The notes under the pieces: generated by a model
What the model saw: the letters and a program-made list of their open reading frames with translations, nothing else
The model's database searches: none
What the model was told of the DNA's origin: nothing
Position numbers and translations under genes: made by a program
NCBI GenBank assembly: GCA_965153455.1
Contig: OZ234493.1
Coordinates: forward strand, 25,720,213-25,784,212
Length of the DNA stretch: 64,000 nt
Source: Sphagnum compactum
Lineage: Eukaryota
Reading direction: 5' to 3'
Shown: positions 12,011 through 25,799 of the stretch, piece by piece
Layout: each line of letters opens with the position of its first letter
How positions within the stretch are numbered: position 1 is the first letter of the stretch

Positions 12011-13612
12011 AGATGCTTACAAACCACCGGACTCAACTGGATTCAAATCCATGGCACTGACTGACTGACTGTGACTGCTACCAGCCTCCAAACCAATTTT
12101 GCACAAAAGTTGTTGGTGGCAGGGTGTGGACAGGAATTAGCTTAAGCGTCTCAACAATTGTGCACTTCCATTGTCAAAGCTCCACATCCCCACCCCGTCT
12201 CCTCCAACAGAAGCTCACATTCCCGGCACAAGTTCTTTGGAAACACTCCATACATACAATTCAACACGCTTCACTATTTCTTCGCAAAGACTCTCGGCAT
12301 ACAGTTCAACAAACTTCACAATTTCTTCGCAAATACTACAACAACAATAATTTAACAATTTCTTCGCAAATACTACAACAAAAACCTCAGCAACAAGTTC
12401 TTCTCAGGCTCTCTTCTGTAGATGTTTGTTCTTTTTTTTTCTTGTTTTGTCGCATCTGCCTTATCTGTTTCCGAAAGCTTCTCAATCTTCAACCAACAGT
12501 ACAGAGTGCGCGTTCGAACTGTTCACCACAGCAACTCCGTTCAAACTCTTCCGCCATTCTTTCTTTCTGTTCCTATCCGTGGTAGACTCTCTCTCTCTCC
12601 ACGACTCTTAAAACACATCGACTCTCGTCCAAGACCCTGGACCTCTGGGGACTCTCAATTCCGATGAAGACCAGATGAGCTCCAGATTTCAGAAACGAAA
12701 ATGCGACAAAAAAAAAATTAGCAGATGAGAGTCGAGACACCAAATTTCAGAAACGAAAAATAAACTAAAATAATTGCGGCAATCAGATGTACGAAGAGTA
12801 CTTCGTCGTCTCGTGCGACAATGACCTCGTCTCTCGTGTTGGAACTTCCTTGAGGAATTTCTTGAGTGTGCGCGACAATGGCACCCCCGACAATTGCGAC
12901 GAATAAAACGCTTTGCGGTAGGCAAGCGTTGAAATCCTCCAACAAATTCTGGGCAGATGGGGCAGCATAAAAAATTACGAAATTTTCTTTCAAGTCCATT
13001 TCTAGGAAGGCCCCAACAACAAAACTTTATAACCAAAATAGAGTTACCCAGGAAACCATCAATTTTGTTTTGGTGGTAAACTGAGTTTCATCCTTTCTTT
13101 CTTTTTAGAGTTATCTGTAAAGTAAGGAAAAGACAGCACGAGAACCCTGAGCTTGAGTTTGGTCATTAACAGGGTGAGATTTTTAAAAAAAACCTGCAAC
13201 AAAATACATTAGCATTCAAGAAGGGAAGGGGGGGGGCGGGGGGCGGTTTTGAAATTCAGAAAACCATCAATTTTGGTGGTAAACTGTGAGCTTCACCCTG
13301 TCTTTCTTTTTTTCCCGAACGCGGCTTGCAGCTGCTACATATATTTTCACTGCTCTTACTATAATTCCTTTCGAACCTTGTGCATTAAATGCTGAAACTC
13401 ATCATTTCATACCCAGATTTTATCAAATTTCCTTAGTTTACGGATACATACCACTGAAAAGAGGGGTTAGGAAGTGAAAGGAGGCCCAAATGCAGGGTGA
13501 TTTTATGGATTTCTCTAAAAAAAAAATTTCAAAAAAGCAATCCTTGAAATCCTTGAAATTCATTTGATGTTTCTCTGGATTTATCTACAGTCTATGGTTT
13601 CAAGCGAGGCTA

Positions 13613-14177
13613 GGGTAAAATGGCTCATCACTGATCACTAACCTATTACGGATCACTTTGGCCAATCTTTCTCAATTCTTCTCCATTTTGAGTGATTTAA
13701 AATGTTATAGGAACGCCTTCTCAAGCTCTACAAATCGTCTTTGAAATGAAAAGCCAAAGGAGCAGCCAAAAAAGAGCAGTAAAGAAAATACGTTTTCTCG
13801 AATCACAAAATACGTTCTTTTTTCCATTTTCTTCATTTTGACCTCTCTTCAAATTGAGCGATTTAAACTGCTCTGAAATTGCCATCTTAAGCTCTACAAA
13901 TCATCTTCTAACCTTAAACTCTATTTAAGCATTTTTTGAGGGCATTGGAAATAGGTTATGAGCTGTTTGGTCCAGAGTTTTTTTGTAAAAACAACCCCCC
14001 GTACTTTGGGGGGCCATAACTTTCTTGCCTCCAGTTCATTTTTGCCGATTTTGAGTCCGATAGATGCGCCATGAGGAGGGCTCCATTTACTCTTTGAACA
14101 CCATAAACAATGGGGCCCTCCTGCAGAAACGGCGAGCAAACCCTACATTGAGCGATCGCTTATAGGCTATTCTACCC
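13613..14177. mobile_element. MITE with imperfect TIRs and TA target duplication
   Basis: Left TA|GGGTAAAATGGCTCAT versus right ATAGGCTATTCTACCC|TA (reverse complement GGGTAGAATAGCCTAT); no coding capacity. Confidence 0.6.
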
Positions 14178-17100
14178 TAGTTATTCATGTACAATGTAAT
14201 GGCGTAATTATTTTTGTAAACCAAAAAAATTATTATCTCAACACTTTTTGAAGAGAATTTTCTCTTCTCTAATGACATGAAAAGAAAAGACATGTATTAA
14301 TGTGTGTTCTCCTATGTCCATGTTATATAATAAAATCAATGAGAAGTAATTCACTCCTTTCATAATAACTATCTCGCTCTTTTCCCCAATGAGGGGCATG
14401 GACATGGAAAAAACACATTAACCTTATCCATGCATAAAATGCGTGTTCATGTATATATAACCTTGGGTGAACTAGCACCGATGTTGTTAAAATGGTAAAA
14501 TAACTCAAAATGCATTTAAATTATTTCTAAATATTACAAATATCCCATGCTTAGACTAAATCAAGTCCTTTGTGTTCAAATTTAATATTTTTCGGGGTTT
14601 AATATGGTCATTAAGAGACAAGAAGGTGAAGGTACTAACTTGTGTGCGGGTTCACCCTAACCATATGACCCATGTTATATAGTAAAATCAAATTTTGAGA
14701 TTGACATAAATAATGATGAATAAATTAAAAACCATATGAGAACATACATGAAAAATAAAATGGGGAGGGGGGGGGGGGGGGGGGAAAGTGGGGAGGATGT
14801 TAATAAATTGATAAACCTCCATCTCCTTCCATTAATCTTAATTCTTTTTCCTATTTTCAAAATGAAGTTTAAATTAATATTTAAATTTTATTAAATTAAT
14901 AAATTGAATTCCGTAAATCTAGAGTTTTTTTCCCCCGGCCACAGGATTCTAGTTTTGTAAAAGCCTAAGAAATTCATCTTTTGAACATCCTTGCAATTAT
15001 CAATTAATGAAATTTGGCTGAAAAAGAAAATTCTTTGGTGAAATTCAATTTTTTTAATTCATAAATTTACCCTTTAAAAAATTCTTTGAATTCATTTCTT
15101 TAGTTTTCAAAAGTCCTTGAAATTTTTTATTTTTTTTTCCAGGAGGCTTCACTTCGAAGCACCACCCCAAAAAAAAAAAAAATCATCTTCTAAATCGCTT
15201 TAGGAAATCCTTTTCCCCGGAAGACTTGGGCACCCAAAAAAAAAAAACTTCTTTGAACTTATTCTTTTTCTGCCCGAAAAAATCACGGGCTGGTCTATTT
15301 AGTTGTCACTAGGGTACCTAGTACCTACATCGATTGAGAACATGCGCTGGAATCGTTAGACTAAGTGGCCCAGTCTACAGTAATTTATTACTTTTTAATT
15401 ACTTTTACCAAGCCGAATTTGAAGGGTAAAAAGTAGGCCGGCGCAGTACGGAAGGTACCTTTATGTACAGTAGGGTACCCTGCCAGTTCCAGTCTGGAAG
15501 GGTCTTTAGGTACCTTAAAGGGGCCTCTATTAAGGAACTCATCTTTCATACACGGCATAAGGGCCTGGCCCAACTGTAGGTCCTTAGTCCTTACCAATGT
15601 TGGGTGGTCCAAAATTTTTCAAAGTTCCAAAGTCCTTAGTCCTTAGCAATGTTGGGTTTTCTTTGTTTTAGAAGTTGGAGTTTCATAATAATTTTAAATT
15701 TTCGAAAAAAAAACATTTGAGAGACCATACCTTGTCCAAATTGGGCCTTATTTAAACTTTGAATACGTTTTGAAGCATACATTTTTAAAGCGATTGCACC
15801 ATTGCGAATTTGAAATTTTGAAACACAAGTTATGGCCAATTGAATGGTCAAGGGTAAATTAATAATTTGGTTCCCAATATTTAAAATGTTTAACAAAAAA
15901 AAAATCAAATTGTGCCCACAATTGGAACATGCAATATGATATTAAAAAGGTTTTTTCAAGGGCTCTTAATTCATACTCCATATGTGAGAGTCATAAGCTC
16001 ACAAAGTTACAAGATTCATAATTTGATCAAATAAAAAAGATTAAGAATTTATTTTAGCAATCCTAAAAATTCTGTGCATTTTGATCTATAATCCTTGTCA
16101 TCATCTACACAATATATTGTAGGGATGAGAGTGATGACTCCTCCCAAGTTTTAATATGTGACCCAAATGTTGAATTTAGTCCTTGAAAGTCACATATTAA
16201 TGAATTTTGAGTTACTTTCAAAATATTAATAGTACATAGGATTTTTGAAGGTTGTTTTTTCTTAATCCACTTATTTTTAATTTTAAAAGGAATGGTTATT
16301 GTTTTGAGGTAATAGCTTTAATTTATATTATGAATATGACAGGTTATGGGCATCACATTTTTCATTTTTGTTCCACCTTAAAGTGATTTCACTCATTTGA
16401 ATGTGTCTTTTGTGATTTAATTTGGGCTCTAATTTGGTTTTAATTTGCATGTTAATGATACTTTTATTTGGTTATACAAATTGATTTCACTTTGAACTCA
16501 TATTTGGGTGAATGCATGATCGATTAGCTCAATATAAGTAGAAATTAAACTTCATATAAGTCCATATAAATTTTTTTTTAAATGATTCAAATGAACATGG
16601 TTGTTATTTTTTAAAATGTTATTATTCTAATCTTTGAATAATACATGTTTAATCACTTATAAACTTTCTTAAATCTATGTGAAAATTTGTATTTAATGTA
16701 ATTAATGTCATTTTAAAAATTGAAAGTCCCAAAAAAAAAACTCACAAAATCCATATGAATAATGACCCATGTCAAGCTTTTGAAAAACAAATAAAAATTG
16801 CAACTCATTTGAACTTATGAAAACATGGTCAAATTTGAATCATTCAAAAGTCCATTAGTATTAAATGGTTAAAGTTTTTAAAAAATATGTTTCTCATATG
16901 AATTTATCATCTTGTATTACATCATATGTTGAGTCCCAATAACAAATTTGGAATGTGAATCAATATAAATTTTACCATTTTGTGATGTTATAGTCAAACG
17001 ACCAATTCATATTTTTTGATTTCAAAAGTGCAATACTATTAACAAATGAGTTTTTTATCAATAAATTATTACACAATTATTTTCATAATGAAATTGTTAG

Positions 17101-17599
17101 TTTAAATTCAAGTCCCAATTAGTAAATTTAAGGACATATTAATCAGCATATGCATTTGAATAAAGGATACCCAAGAAAAAAATATCGTTTCATCACAACA
17201 GTGAACCACTCAATTGTGCATCTACCCATTTTTCTTAATCCCATCCCAAAGTTCCCATCCTTTTTTTTTTCTCTTGAAAGCTAACAAACACACTTTAGGT
17301 TTGCATTCCCTTACAACATTGAGAATCAACATGTTTATTACCTTAAATATCGCTTGATAAACCTAGGTATATGTCAAACCACTCACAAGCTTTAATTTGA
17401 TCCATATTAAAAACACAAAGTGAATGCCTACAAAACTAGTATTTGGAAAACCACAAGTTTTAATGACCCAAACAAAAATATGAAGTAAATGCTTAAGGAG
17501 TCACAATTGAAAACATGATATTCCTTAAACCTTAAATAAACTTCCCTAAATAAAATTGAATATTTTTTCTTCTTTTTTTTTCACAACATCATATTCATT

Positions 17600-19310
17600 T
17601 CCTAACTAACCTGAACATGTGTATAGTGTACATGGGTGCAAACCACATTAGAATAGCCTATGACATGCTAACAAATATGAAAAACACCTATAATAGATGA
17701 AAAAAATTATTGTCGTCACCTACAATTGCAAACTTGACCACATGAAACAACAAAATCTGAAAATATAAGTCATTAATTAAACAACATGCATTGTTTCCTA
17801 CCAAATTTGCAATTGCCAAACACAATGCACATCCACAAATTAGCTTTTGCCACATTGTTAGAATTAACAAACTCATTCAATCAATCTTCAAATTTCTCTT
17901 CCATTTGTTCAGACAAATTTGCCAAAGTCATTCAAGGGTTTAGTTAGAAATTCCTCTAAACCAAAGTGGGGATCATTTAGCCAATTCTTGGAAATCAACA
18001 CAAGTTGATTTCAACACAAGCTCCAAGTTAATGGTTGTAAAGACCTATTTGAATCTCACCAATGGAGAAGATCCATAGGGCTTCAATTTTATTAGGTACG
18101 ATACTCAAAATTTGATGAACCAAGTACCCAATAGTAAGAAATTGGCCTCATTTTTTTGACCATTTCAATGCATTTTACAACCCTTTATAAATTTTGGAAA
18201 CAACATAACTTCCATTTCACCTATCTAGTCAAATACAAGCAAAAGAGACATGCACTTATCTATCATCCATGTGAATCAAATCAAGTAAATAGGATAAAAC
18301 AATTTTTTTTTAAAGATTGAATTGGGTTTGCAAAAACTTACATGTTTGATTATGATGTCATTTGGAAGCAATCCTACACCAAACATAATTAGAGGTGGTA
18401 ATTGTTGGACAATAAACTTTTTGCTAGATTTATTATAACATGGACTTTTCAACAATATTAGTGTCAAAAAGGCACTTAATAAGGGCTTCAAAATCACACA
18501 ATGTTGTTACAAGTATGGAGTTCTGTTTTCTAAATTGCTCACAATAGAAAATTCTTTGAATATGGGGTTAGCATTAGAGCCAACAACAAGTGACATTCTT
18601 TCAATCGAAATCATGAATGCAATCCATAAATGTAGCAAGCACATGTATGACCTCTAATTGTAATTGACTTGCTAGCATAAACAATTTTGCATCATATTGA
18701 ACTTCCAGAATAGAAAACATTTGTACTTCCAAGTTAAGCATCTCTTGGGTTAGTTTGACATTGAGGTTGATTCCATTGCAATCACATCACTAAGGAATCA
18801 ATAATTGTAATCCATTTATTGAGGACACAACTTAATGCAATCAAAGATGAAATCGATTCAATGGCTTCTATGGCCTAAGCTTATTTTACTAGAATTATGC
18901 CTTGCAAAGTCAATGTTTGTTGAGGTTATAAGATACATGAATTGTAGGGTAAAACAATAAGGCTTGCTAAAACATAGCCATTTTGGAAGCAAACCTCATT
19001 TTCACTATTAGTACTCAACTTTGATGACCACAAACTTGCATCCAAACAAGTTTTTATCCACTTCACACCCTACATTTGCAAAAATAATTTGACCACATAT
19101 CCATCATATCCATCCATGTCTCCATATATGCATAAGTCCTAGACATGCAAAATGGGTATAAATATTTTTAAAAATCCTTGCACATAAAAAGAGGTTATGC
19201 ATAAGTTACAAGGTACATGAATTTTAAGAAAATAAACAAAGATATATTAGATGCCCTATATATGTTTGATGGGTATACCCCAAAATAAAAAATATACCCA
19301 CACAACACTA
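17600..19310 (-). mobile_element. Decayed hAT-like element; one terminus at 19310, other end not found
   Basis: The reverse complement of 19240-19310 begins TAGTGTTGTGTGGGTATA and is homologous to the terminus at 60209. Internal minus-strand sequence only weakly resembles hAT transposase. The left boundary is approximate. Confidence 0.4.
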
Positions 19311-19332
19311 ATTTTTAACCAAAGGTAAGTGT

Positions 19333-19690
19333 ACCCATTGAGGGCATTATGGTTGTAATCTCCCTAGGGAGAAACGTAACGCCCCATTGGGCTCCCACCC
19401 CTAAGTGGGCATTATGGTTGTAAGCTCCCTAGGGATAAACATAGGGTCCCATTGGGCTCCCATCCCTCGGTCCTTAGAACCATAATGCCCTAGTTGGGAA
19501 GCCTCACCCTACACAAAATTATCATGGGGAGGAACCCAAAAAAAAAAGGGGGAAAATAATAGAAGGGTCCCACCAAATAGATCTACATTGAGATTCCTTG
19601 CCATACACAATTATCATGCGAGGAGGCGAAAAAACAAAAAGAAGAATAATAGAAGGGTCCCATGGAGAAGATGTACTTTAGATAAGCACC
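19333..19690. repeat. Two adjacent short tandem duplications (~65 bp x2 and ~95 bp x2)
   Basis: GGGCATTATGGTTGTAA..CTCCCTAGGGA..CCCATTGGGCTCCCA occurs twice. TACACAA(AA)TTATCATG..GAGGA..AATAATAGAAGGGTCCCA occurs twice. Confidence 0.8.
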
Positions 19691-21214
19691 AAAGAAGTCT
19701 TACGGACCAAACATCCAAGCGGTCTCAAATGGCAAAAGAGAGAAGCCCAATATAATGGACTCGGAGAACCTTTGTGAACCTCATTTGTCCAATGGGCATG
19801 AAGCCGTGCATGAACCCTTCAAATCTCCATGAGGTTTGCACATACGGTTTGGGTGGCCATGCACCCTTTCCAGTCCCCCCACGAAAAAAAGCGGCAGCCT
19901 GTTTTCACGGGATCATGTGTGGTCAATTTTGGTGTAAATGAAACTTCGAGGAGAAGTTCCGAATATGAGGGGGGCCCAACAAACGTAGTGTCAGAATGAA
20001 GGCGGACCATGAATTTGTTTGGGGGAAGCCATACCTACTACAATCGATGATGTCCTTACCCAATGTAAAGAAAATGGACAAAGTGCTAAATATCACTTAA
20101 TCGGCTTTGTCTGGAGCTTGTATACGAAGCATACATTTGGTCCATCTAGCTGTGCTCATAGTCACCTCACAACTCTACAAGTCAAGCATGGACCAAAAGT
20201 TTGCCCAGTTATGTGACTTGCGAGTCTTTGTTTCGTTGTGGATCACTACAAGATGACACCAGTAGTGTAACATATGTTCTTTTTAAGTTCTCTACAGAGA
20301 AACCTGCACTGTTCTCAACATTTATTATTCGTGTATTTTCAGCCCTGTTGCAACTGTCCCCATGGGATCGAAGTGCCTGTCCATGCAACAAGAAAGAGGG
20401 TCTTCATTTCAATGGCTTTCCATTAGGCTACTATGATCACAACAACCTAATGGAGAGAGACCCTAATTATATCAGACACCAACCTTTTGTTAAGCTGAAA
20501 CATTGGTGTGTTATTTCAAAGCATCGCTTTGATCCCTACGAAGTTCGATGGACGGGGATCTCAACAAGTCTTGCATCTATTGGGCATGTCAAATTCTCTT
20601 GTTTATGAAATCTAGCTTTTTTGCCTTGGCAATTGTTTTGGTTACATTAGGGCTTTTGTTGATTATGATGTGGTTTTGGTGAACCTAAGATGGTTATGTG
20701 AACTAGTCTAGTTGCTCAAGAGGAGTTGGTTTGAATTTTGAGTTTGAAATTACAAGAAGACATGTGCATTGTACGTTCCTAATTAGCCCAAAAGACACAT
20801 TTGTATTCTATAACAACAATCTAATTTTCCACACATGGAACAATTGAGAAGCCCAAGCTAAACCCTAAACCCTAAACCAAGATCGAGAAATTGAAGCGAA
20901 TTTTGGAAGCTTGGTTTTTGTGCTTGTTTGTCATGTTACATGTGTTCCATTCATGGTCCATGTTTTTACAAGCACAATTTCCACAACATTAGCCTTGCTT
21001 CTGCCCACAACGGCTTTTGGATTTTGGGCATCTACCTCATGGGTTATCCATATTGGGCGTGTACGGGTACCTACTCCAACGGGTTAACTGCTGTTAACTG
21101 GGGTTGAACCAGCCATTTTTCCTTTGTTCCCAACATGTTCCCTTCAGTTCTCCCATCGGTTCCCAATGTGTTCCCCAAGGGTGTTCCCAATAGCACCTTG
21201 CTTAATCCCATATG

Positions 21215-22089
21215 CAGGCCTCCTTAAGTTCGAAAATCGCACGAATGTACGATTCCGATGTTTTTTCGGGCACCTGCTGCCCTTAAAGGCGTGCGATTCG
21301 TGCACTAGTATATTAACTATGGCCCATTGCATACCGTCTTTGTGGAATTATTTTTTCTGCCCCGCATAGATTATCTAATAACTGGACTTTGAAAAATATT
21401 GTGACTTGTCTATTATCAGTTTGCATGTTTATGCAAAACACTTAGGTACTAATTTTTTCCCCCAATTATTCTTTTTCATAATGCCTTCCTTTGTATGCGT
21501 GGAGTTTGAAATACCCGACCTGAAAACCACCAATGTCAATTGACATCAAGGCAAGTGTTTGTACATAGGACTTGTCTCAAGTGCCCCAAAAAATCTCATG
21601 CACATGTGCACTTCTCACCATTACCAAAGGCACAAATGTCCAACTCAAGGCCAAAGGGAAGCTGCAATTGGAGAGGTGGAGCCAAACAAAAAGTAGTGAC
21701 ACCTCAAATGTTTAAAGAATTAAGAACCTGTTTAACAAGAAACATGGAAGGGTACATGTCAGTTTCTCATCTTCATCAAAGCAAATACCCAGCCCATAAG
21801 GGTCTCACTGGGTCTCTACAAAATATATGCCAAACAGATAGGGTGTCTATCAAGTTCGTTACCAATTTCAGACTTGGCATATCAATTGTGGGTAACCTAT
21901 TCATGGACCCTTGTTGATAACCAGCCATTTTCTTAACTATTAATGAATCATTAAATTGGCCGCCAAGACATTTCGAATCCTACCGTTCATTACAGAAATC
22001 TATGTGTACGAAAATAGGTGAATCGCGGATATCCTAAATGTGTGCAATGCACGCACAAAGAGGCCCGTGCATGAATCTAAGGAGGCCTG
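21215..22089. mobile_element. hAT-type MITE (875 bp) with perfect 8-bp TSD
   Basis: TIRs CAGGCCTCCTTA..TTC / GAA..TAAGGAGGCCTG. TSD CCCATATG at 21207-21214 and 22090-22097. It splits a TGTTCCC-rich dispersed repeat that appears to resume after it. Confidence 0.92.
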
Positions 22090-22148
22090 CCCATATGTTT
22101 TGCCCAAAGTTCTCCCCTAGAGTCAAAACAGTCTCCAATATGAATCCG

Positions 22149-22216
22149 ATATGTCAACCGGGTATCATAATCAATATGTCAACTGGGTATCATTATCAAT
22201 GTGTCAACTGGGTATC
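22149..22216. repeat. 25-bp tandem repeat x3
   Basis: AT(A/G)TGTCAAC(C/T)GGGTATC units with TGTCAAC at 22152, 22177 and 22202. Confidence 0.85.
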
Positions 22217-23148
22217 TCATATTTTAAAAAGACCTATGGTTTTGTGGCCAATTTTTTAATTTATTTTTTAAAAATAATTTTGAAGCTTAAGAATTGCCCT
22301 AATAATTGCTAGGGTTTTGTTCTAGTTTCAAATAATTGCCCAACATTGCTTGATACTTGCCAATACTAATATCGGGTTTGGTAATTCATGATGGTGTTTG
22401 ACCTTGATTGAAATAGCAAATTGCATTTAAATTTATTTATTTTTGGTTCTAAAAGGAAGTAAAATGAAAGAAAAATAGACATAAAAATTGCGGGATTTTT
22501 TTTAAATTTTAATTTCAGCTTCAATTTTCAAAGCATACTTATCATAGTTGAATATTAAAGGTCATCAACACAAACGATAGCCATCCTCCAACATGCTTTT
22601 TACCAACAAATAAAAAAATGACTCGCCATGTTCCCCACTTTGCTCGCCCCTTGAATAGTTGAAAGCCATAAAAGAAAATATAGAGCATTACTTTTGAAAC
22701 TCAAAGTTTTATTGGGTAGCATTCGCCCATGGGAGGACTAAATTTTACATTACTTGCATCAATCAAACAAGGTATATTAAATGAATTTTTTTTCATCCTA
22801 TTGTTATCTTTTTTTTTAATAATATGCACATATTTGAGCCACCCTAGATGGAATTATATATTTTTGTTTACATCAAAATTCTGCGCTTTTTTTTTACTTT
22901 AAAAAAAATAATTTAATGTTTTAAATTGTGAAGAATGATAAGGATGCAATCCAAATGAAATGATAAGATCATTTGATAAAACTATTTTTTTTGTAACTAT
23001 TATGAATGAGGAGTGTTGGTTATGAACTTGTCAAAAATGGAAGAACTTTAAAAGATGATGAGAAATGCATGAGTATGGGTATGTATGTATGTATGTATGT
23101 ATATATGCATGCATGAGAAACCCTAAACCCTAAACCATCTCAAGCTCA

Positions 23149-24224
23149 GGTATTTTTTGCCAAGATGACTTTGCAAGTTTGCCAAGTCCTCTATTTCAAG
23201 TCCTCAAGTCCACATTACCATGTCTTCTGCATTTTGCTAAGTCACCAACTGCACATTGCTGAAACAACATTGCCAAGTGCACTTCACATTGTGTACTAAA
23301 CCTCCATAGGAAAACCCTTGTTTCTTTGTTCAAGGAATACGCAAAGGGATGTTGGGGCTTATTATTGATGCCCACGATCATTGCCCATGGATGTCCTTAG
23401 CCCGAGGATATCCCTTCTAGCAACAATGATTCATGGATGAATTTTGTTCCATGAAAGTTCAACTTTTCATTCATGAATTTTTGTCCATATTCATCAACAA
23501 AACTTCATCCATTCAATTGTTGAAATTCACAAAACATATTCATAAATATTCATCCATGGAATTTGGATGACTTTGATACCCAAAAAAAATTGTGAATGCA
23601 CTAACACTTCATGGATAAAATAAAAATTATAGATGATTTTTAAATATTTTTCTTGGATAAACTTCCATTCTATTAGGATGGCTTCAATTTCACATCATGC
23701 ATAAAAATAGATACATAGAAGACATAAAATTTGAACTCAAAACCTTTCAATTTGCACTCTATATGTTCAAATTTTTCATTTAGAGAGCGCCTTCAATTTT
23801 GAAAGGGCTCGTCAAAATTTTCAAAGAGCCATCAAGTCAAAAGAGAAAGAGGGAGAGAAAGGGGGTACCTTGAATTTTGAAAGGGCTCCTCTCAAGCTTC
23901 AAAGAGCAATCAAGTCAAAAGAAAAGAGAGATGGAGAGAAGGGGGGCGCGGGGGGAGGGCAGGTGAGCCTAGGTTTGGGCAATCCAAAAAATAAAATTCA
24001 GGCATTGGACAACCCAGAATCATTTTAATTTGTGGGCAGCTTGAAGTTCATTTCGGGCAGTTCACAAGGTTAAATGGACTTGGCAATTTCGCAATATTAC
24101 ATTGACAATGTGGAGTTGGTGACTTGGGAATGTGGACTCGGCAATGGAGAATTGACAATTGGGCAACGTGCACTTAGCAAAGTGGACTTGGCAAACTAAG
24201 TTGAAATCAACTTGACAAAATAAC
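23149..24224. mobile_element. Foldback/Mutator-like non-autonomous element with long degenerate TIRs
   Basis: Left GGTATTTTTTGCCAAGATGACTTTGCAAGTTTGCCAAGTCC.. versus reverse complement of the right end GGTTATTTTGTCAAGTTGATTTCAACTTAGTTTGCCAAGTCC. Arrays of TTGCCAAGT/ACTTGGCAA lie in opposite orientations. No TSD found. Confidence 0.55.
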
Positions 24225-24886
24225 CAAATAGAAAAATAAGGGTGTGAACCTCGCAATATGTAAGCAAGTAAGGATCATAAGTATGTAGGTGGGAAATGTT
24301 ATGACCTTGTTATGACTCGCTTGTGGATAATTAAAAATAAATCCCTTTTCTAATTCCCCTAACTATTTATGTAAATTCTAGTCATGACGATTCATCAGAA
24401 ATGATTGAAGTAGGATTGTTTTAGGTTTCATAAGTCGTTTTTTTTGAGACAATTTTCAATTGGAATTTATTTAGTTGATTCTCAAATAAAGAGGAATGGA
24501 AAGGTGTATCAAATCTATGTCTTTTCAAAGTTTTTTTTTCCAACACCATCGTTGTAAGCATATTTGCTATTACTGAAGAATTCCAAAATTCACCACTTGA
24601 TAAAACACATCCTTCAACAAAGTTTGGCAAATCTTATTATTGTAAGCTAATGATAAGAAAAAAGGAAGTGAAGAGTTAGGGAAACATTTATGAGGCTTTT
24701 TCTAAAGCCTATTAAGGAAGGGAATGTCTTTCATAAGCTCCATTGGAAAAAAATGGAAGTGGCTTGTAAAGGAAAAGGGAACGAATGAAAATGTGACTTG
24801 GAGGAATTTGAACCAACTATTCCAATGAATGTACAAATTGGTTGTCATATTCTTCATCCAAAGGCATGGGACAACCCTTGAGTGCA

Positions 24887-24961
24887 TGAACCCTAACCCT
24901 AATTGTATGTTTCACAAGCCCTAACCCTAATTATAATGGTACACAAGCCCTAACCCTAATT
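24887..24961 (+). promoter_or_regulatory. Triplicated telo-box-like (CCCTAACCCTAAT) motifs upstream of TOM5
   Basis: Three ~30-bp units, each containing CCCTAACCCTAATT, 150-230 bp upstream of the ATG. Telo-boxes are known from promoters of plant housekeeping genes. Confidence 0.55.
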
Positions 24962-25113
24962 CTGTGTGACGGGGGTTGGGGCGGGGGAAGGGACGACAGA
25001 CAAGACAGAAGTGCGACCTTCGAAGAGAGACAGAAGAGAGAGGGAAGATCGCCATCGTTGCAGTAGCTGCTGTTGTACCATCAGCTCACAGAAGTTTGGT
25101 CCGTGGAGTCCTT

Positions 25114-25626
25114 ATGGCTAAGCAGACGGCATTTCAGAAATTCAAGAGTCGGTGGGCAGCGGAAATCAGAGATGAGGAGAAGCTTGCTGCGCATATCGTA
25201 AGTTTCTTCTTTGCCATCTCTTTTTTTTAAAGATTCTGTCTTCGTAGCAGTGTAGTTAGCACACATGCTGTTATAGCGCCGGTTTTGTTGTTGTTGTTGT
25301 CGTTTTTTTGTAAAATGTTTCTGAGTTTTGGTATGAGTTTCTATGGGCCTTGCAGTGCGGACACGCTTGTTTTGAAGGCTTGTGAAATAGACACTGCTGT
25401 ATTACGAAGTTTTGCTATTTGCGAGGTCATTCGCTGTTGCTGCCTTTATGCAACTTTCAATCAATCTCTCACTAGGATGTGATTCTATTCACAAAGAGTA
25501 CTGGTTTTCATTTCACTCATATGCTTCAGCTGTTTGTTGTGTCTGCAGAGATTATTGCGGGCAACTGCATTATTTGCAGGCTCAGTGTTTCTCATGCGCA
25601 ACTTTGGTGATCTAATGGCTGTATAA
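25114..25626 (+). CDS. TOM5: Mitochondrial import receptor subunit TOM5 (53 aa, 2 exons)
   Basis: Exon 1 is 25114-25197 (donor GTAAGT) and exon 2 is 25549-25626 (acceptor TGCAG). Product: MAKQTAFQKFKSRWAAEIRDEEKLAAHIRLLRATALFAGSVFLMRNFGDLMAV*. This matches the plant TOM5 pattern as I recall it (..W.SEV.DE.K.A.NMKLLRA.G.FAG.V.LMR.YGDLM.V). Confidence 0.93.
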
Positions 25627-25799
25627 TGTGGCTATCATTTAGCGATTGCAAAGGAAAATGTGCAAGGGTTTAAACTTTTGCTTCAATACCCCGGGGAGGG
25701 ATGAGTGCATTTTTGCATAGCCAAATGATGTCTTTGGCCTACTAGCAAAAGTTTTGCTCACAGAGAGGATGAGAATTATCTTGACTACAAAAACAGTCT

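Noticed and set aside
12508..12513. CAMTA-type vCGCGb box upstream of ACA
   Set aside because: A single 6-mer in a CpG-rich region is expected by chance.
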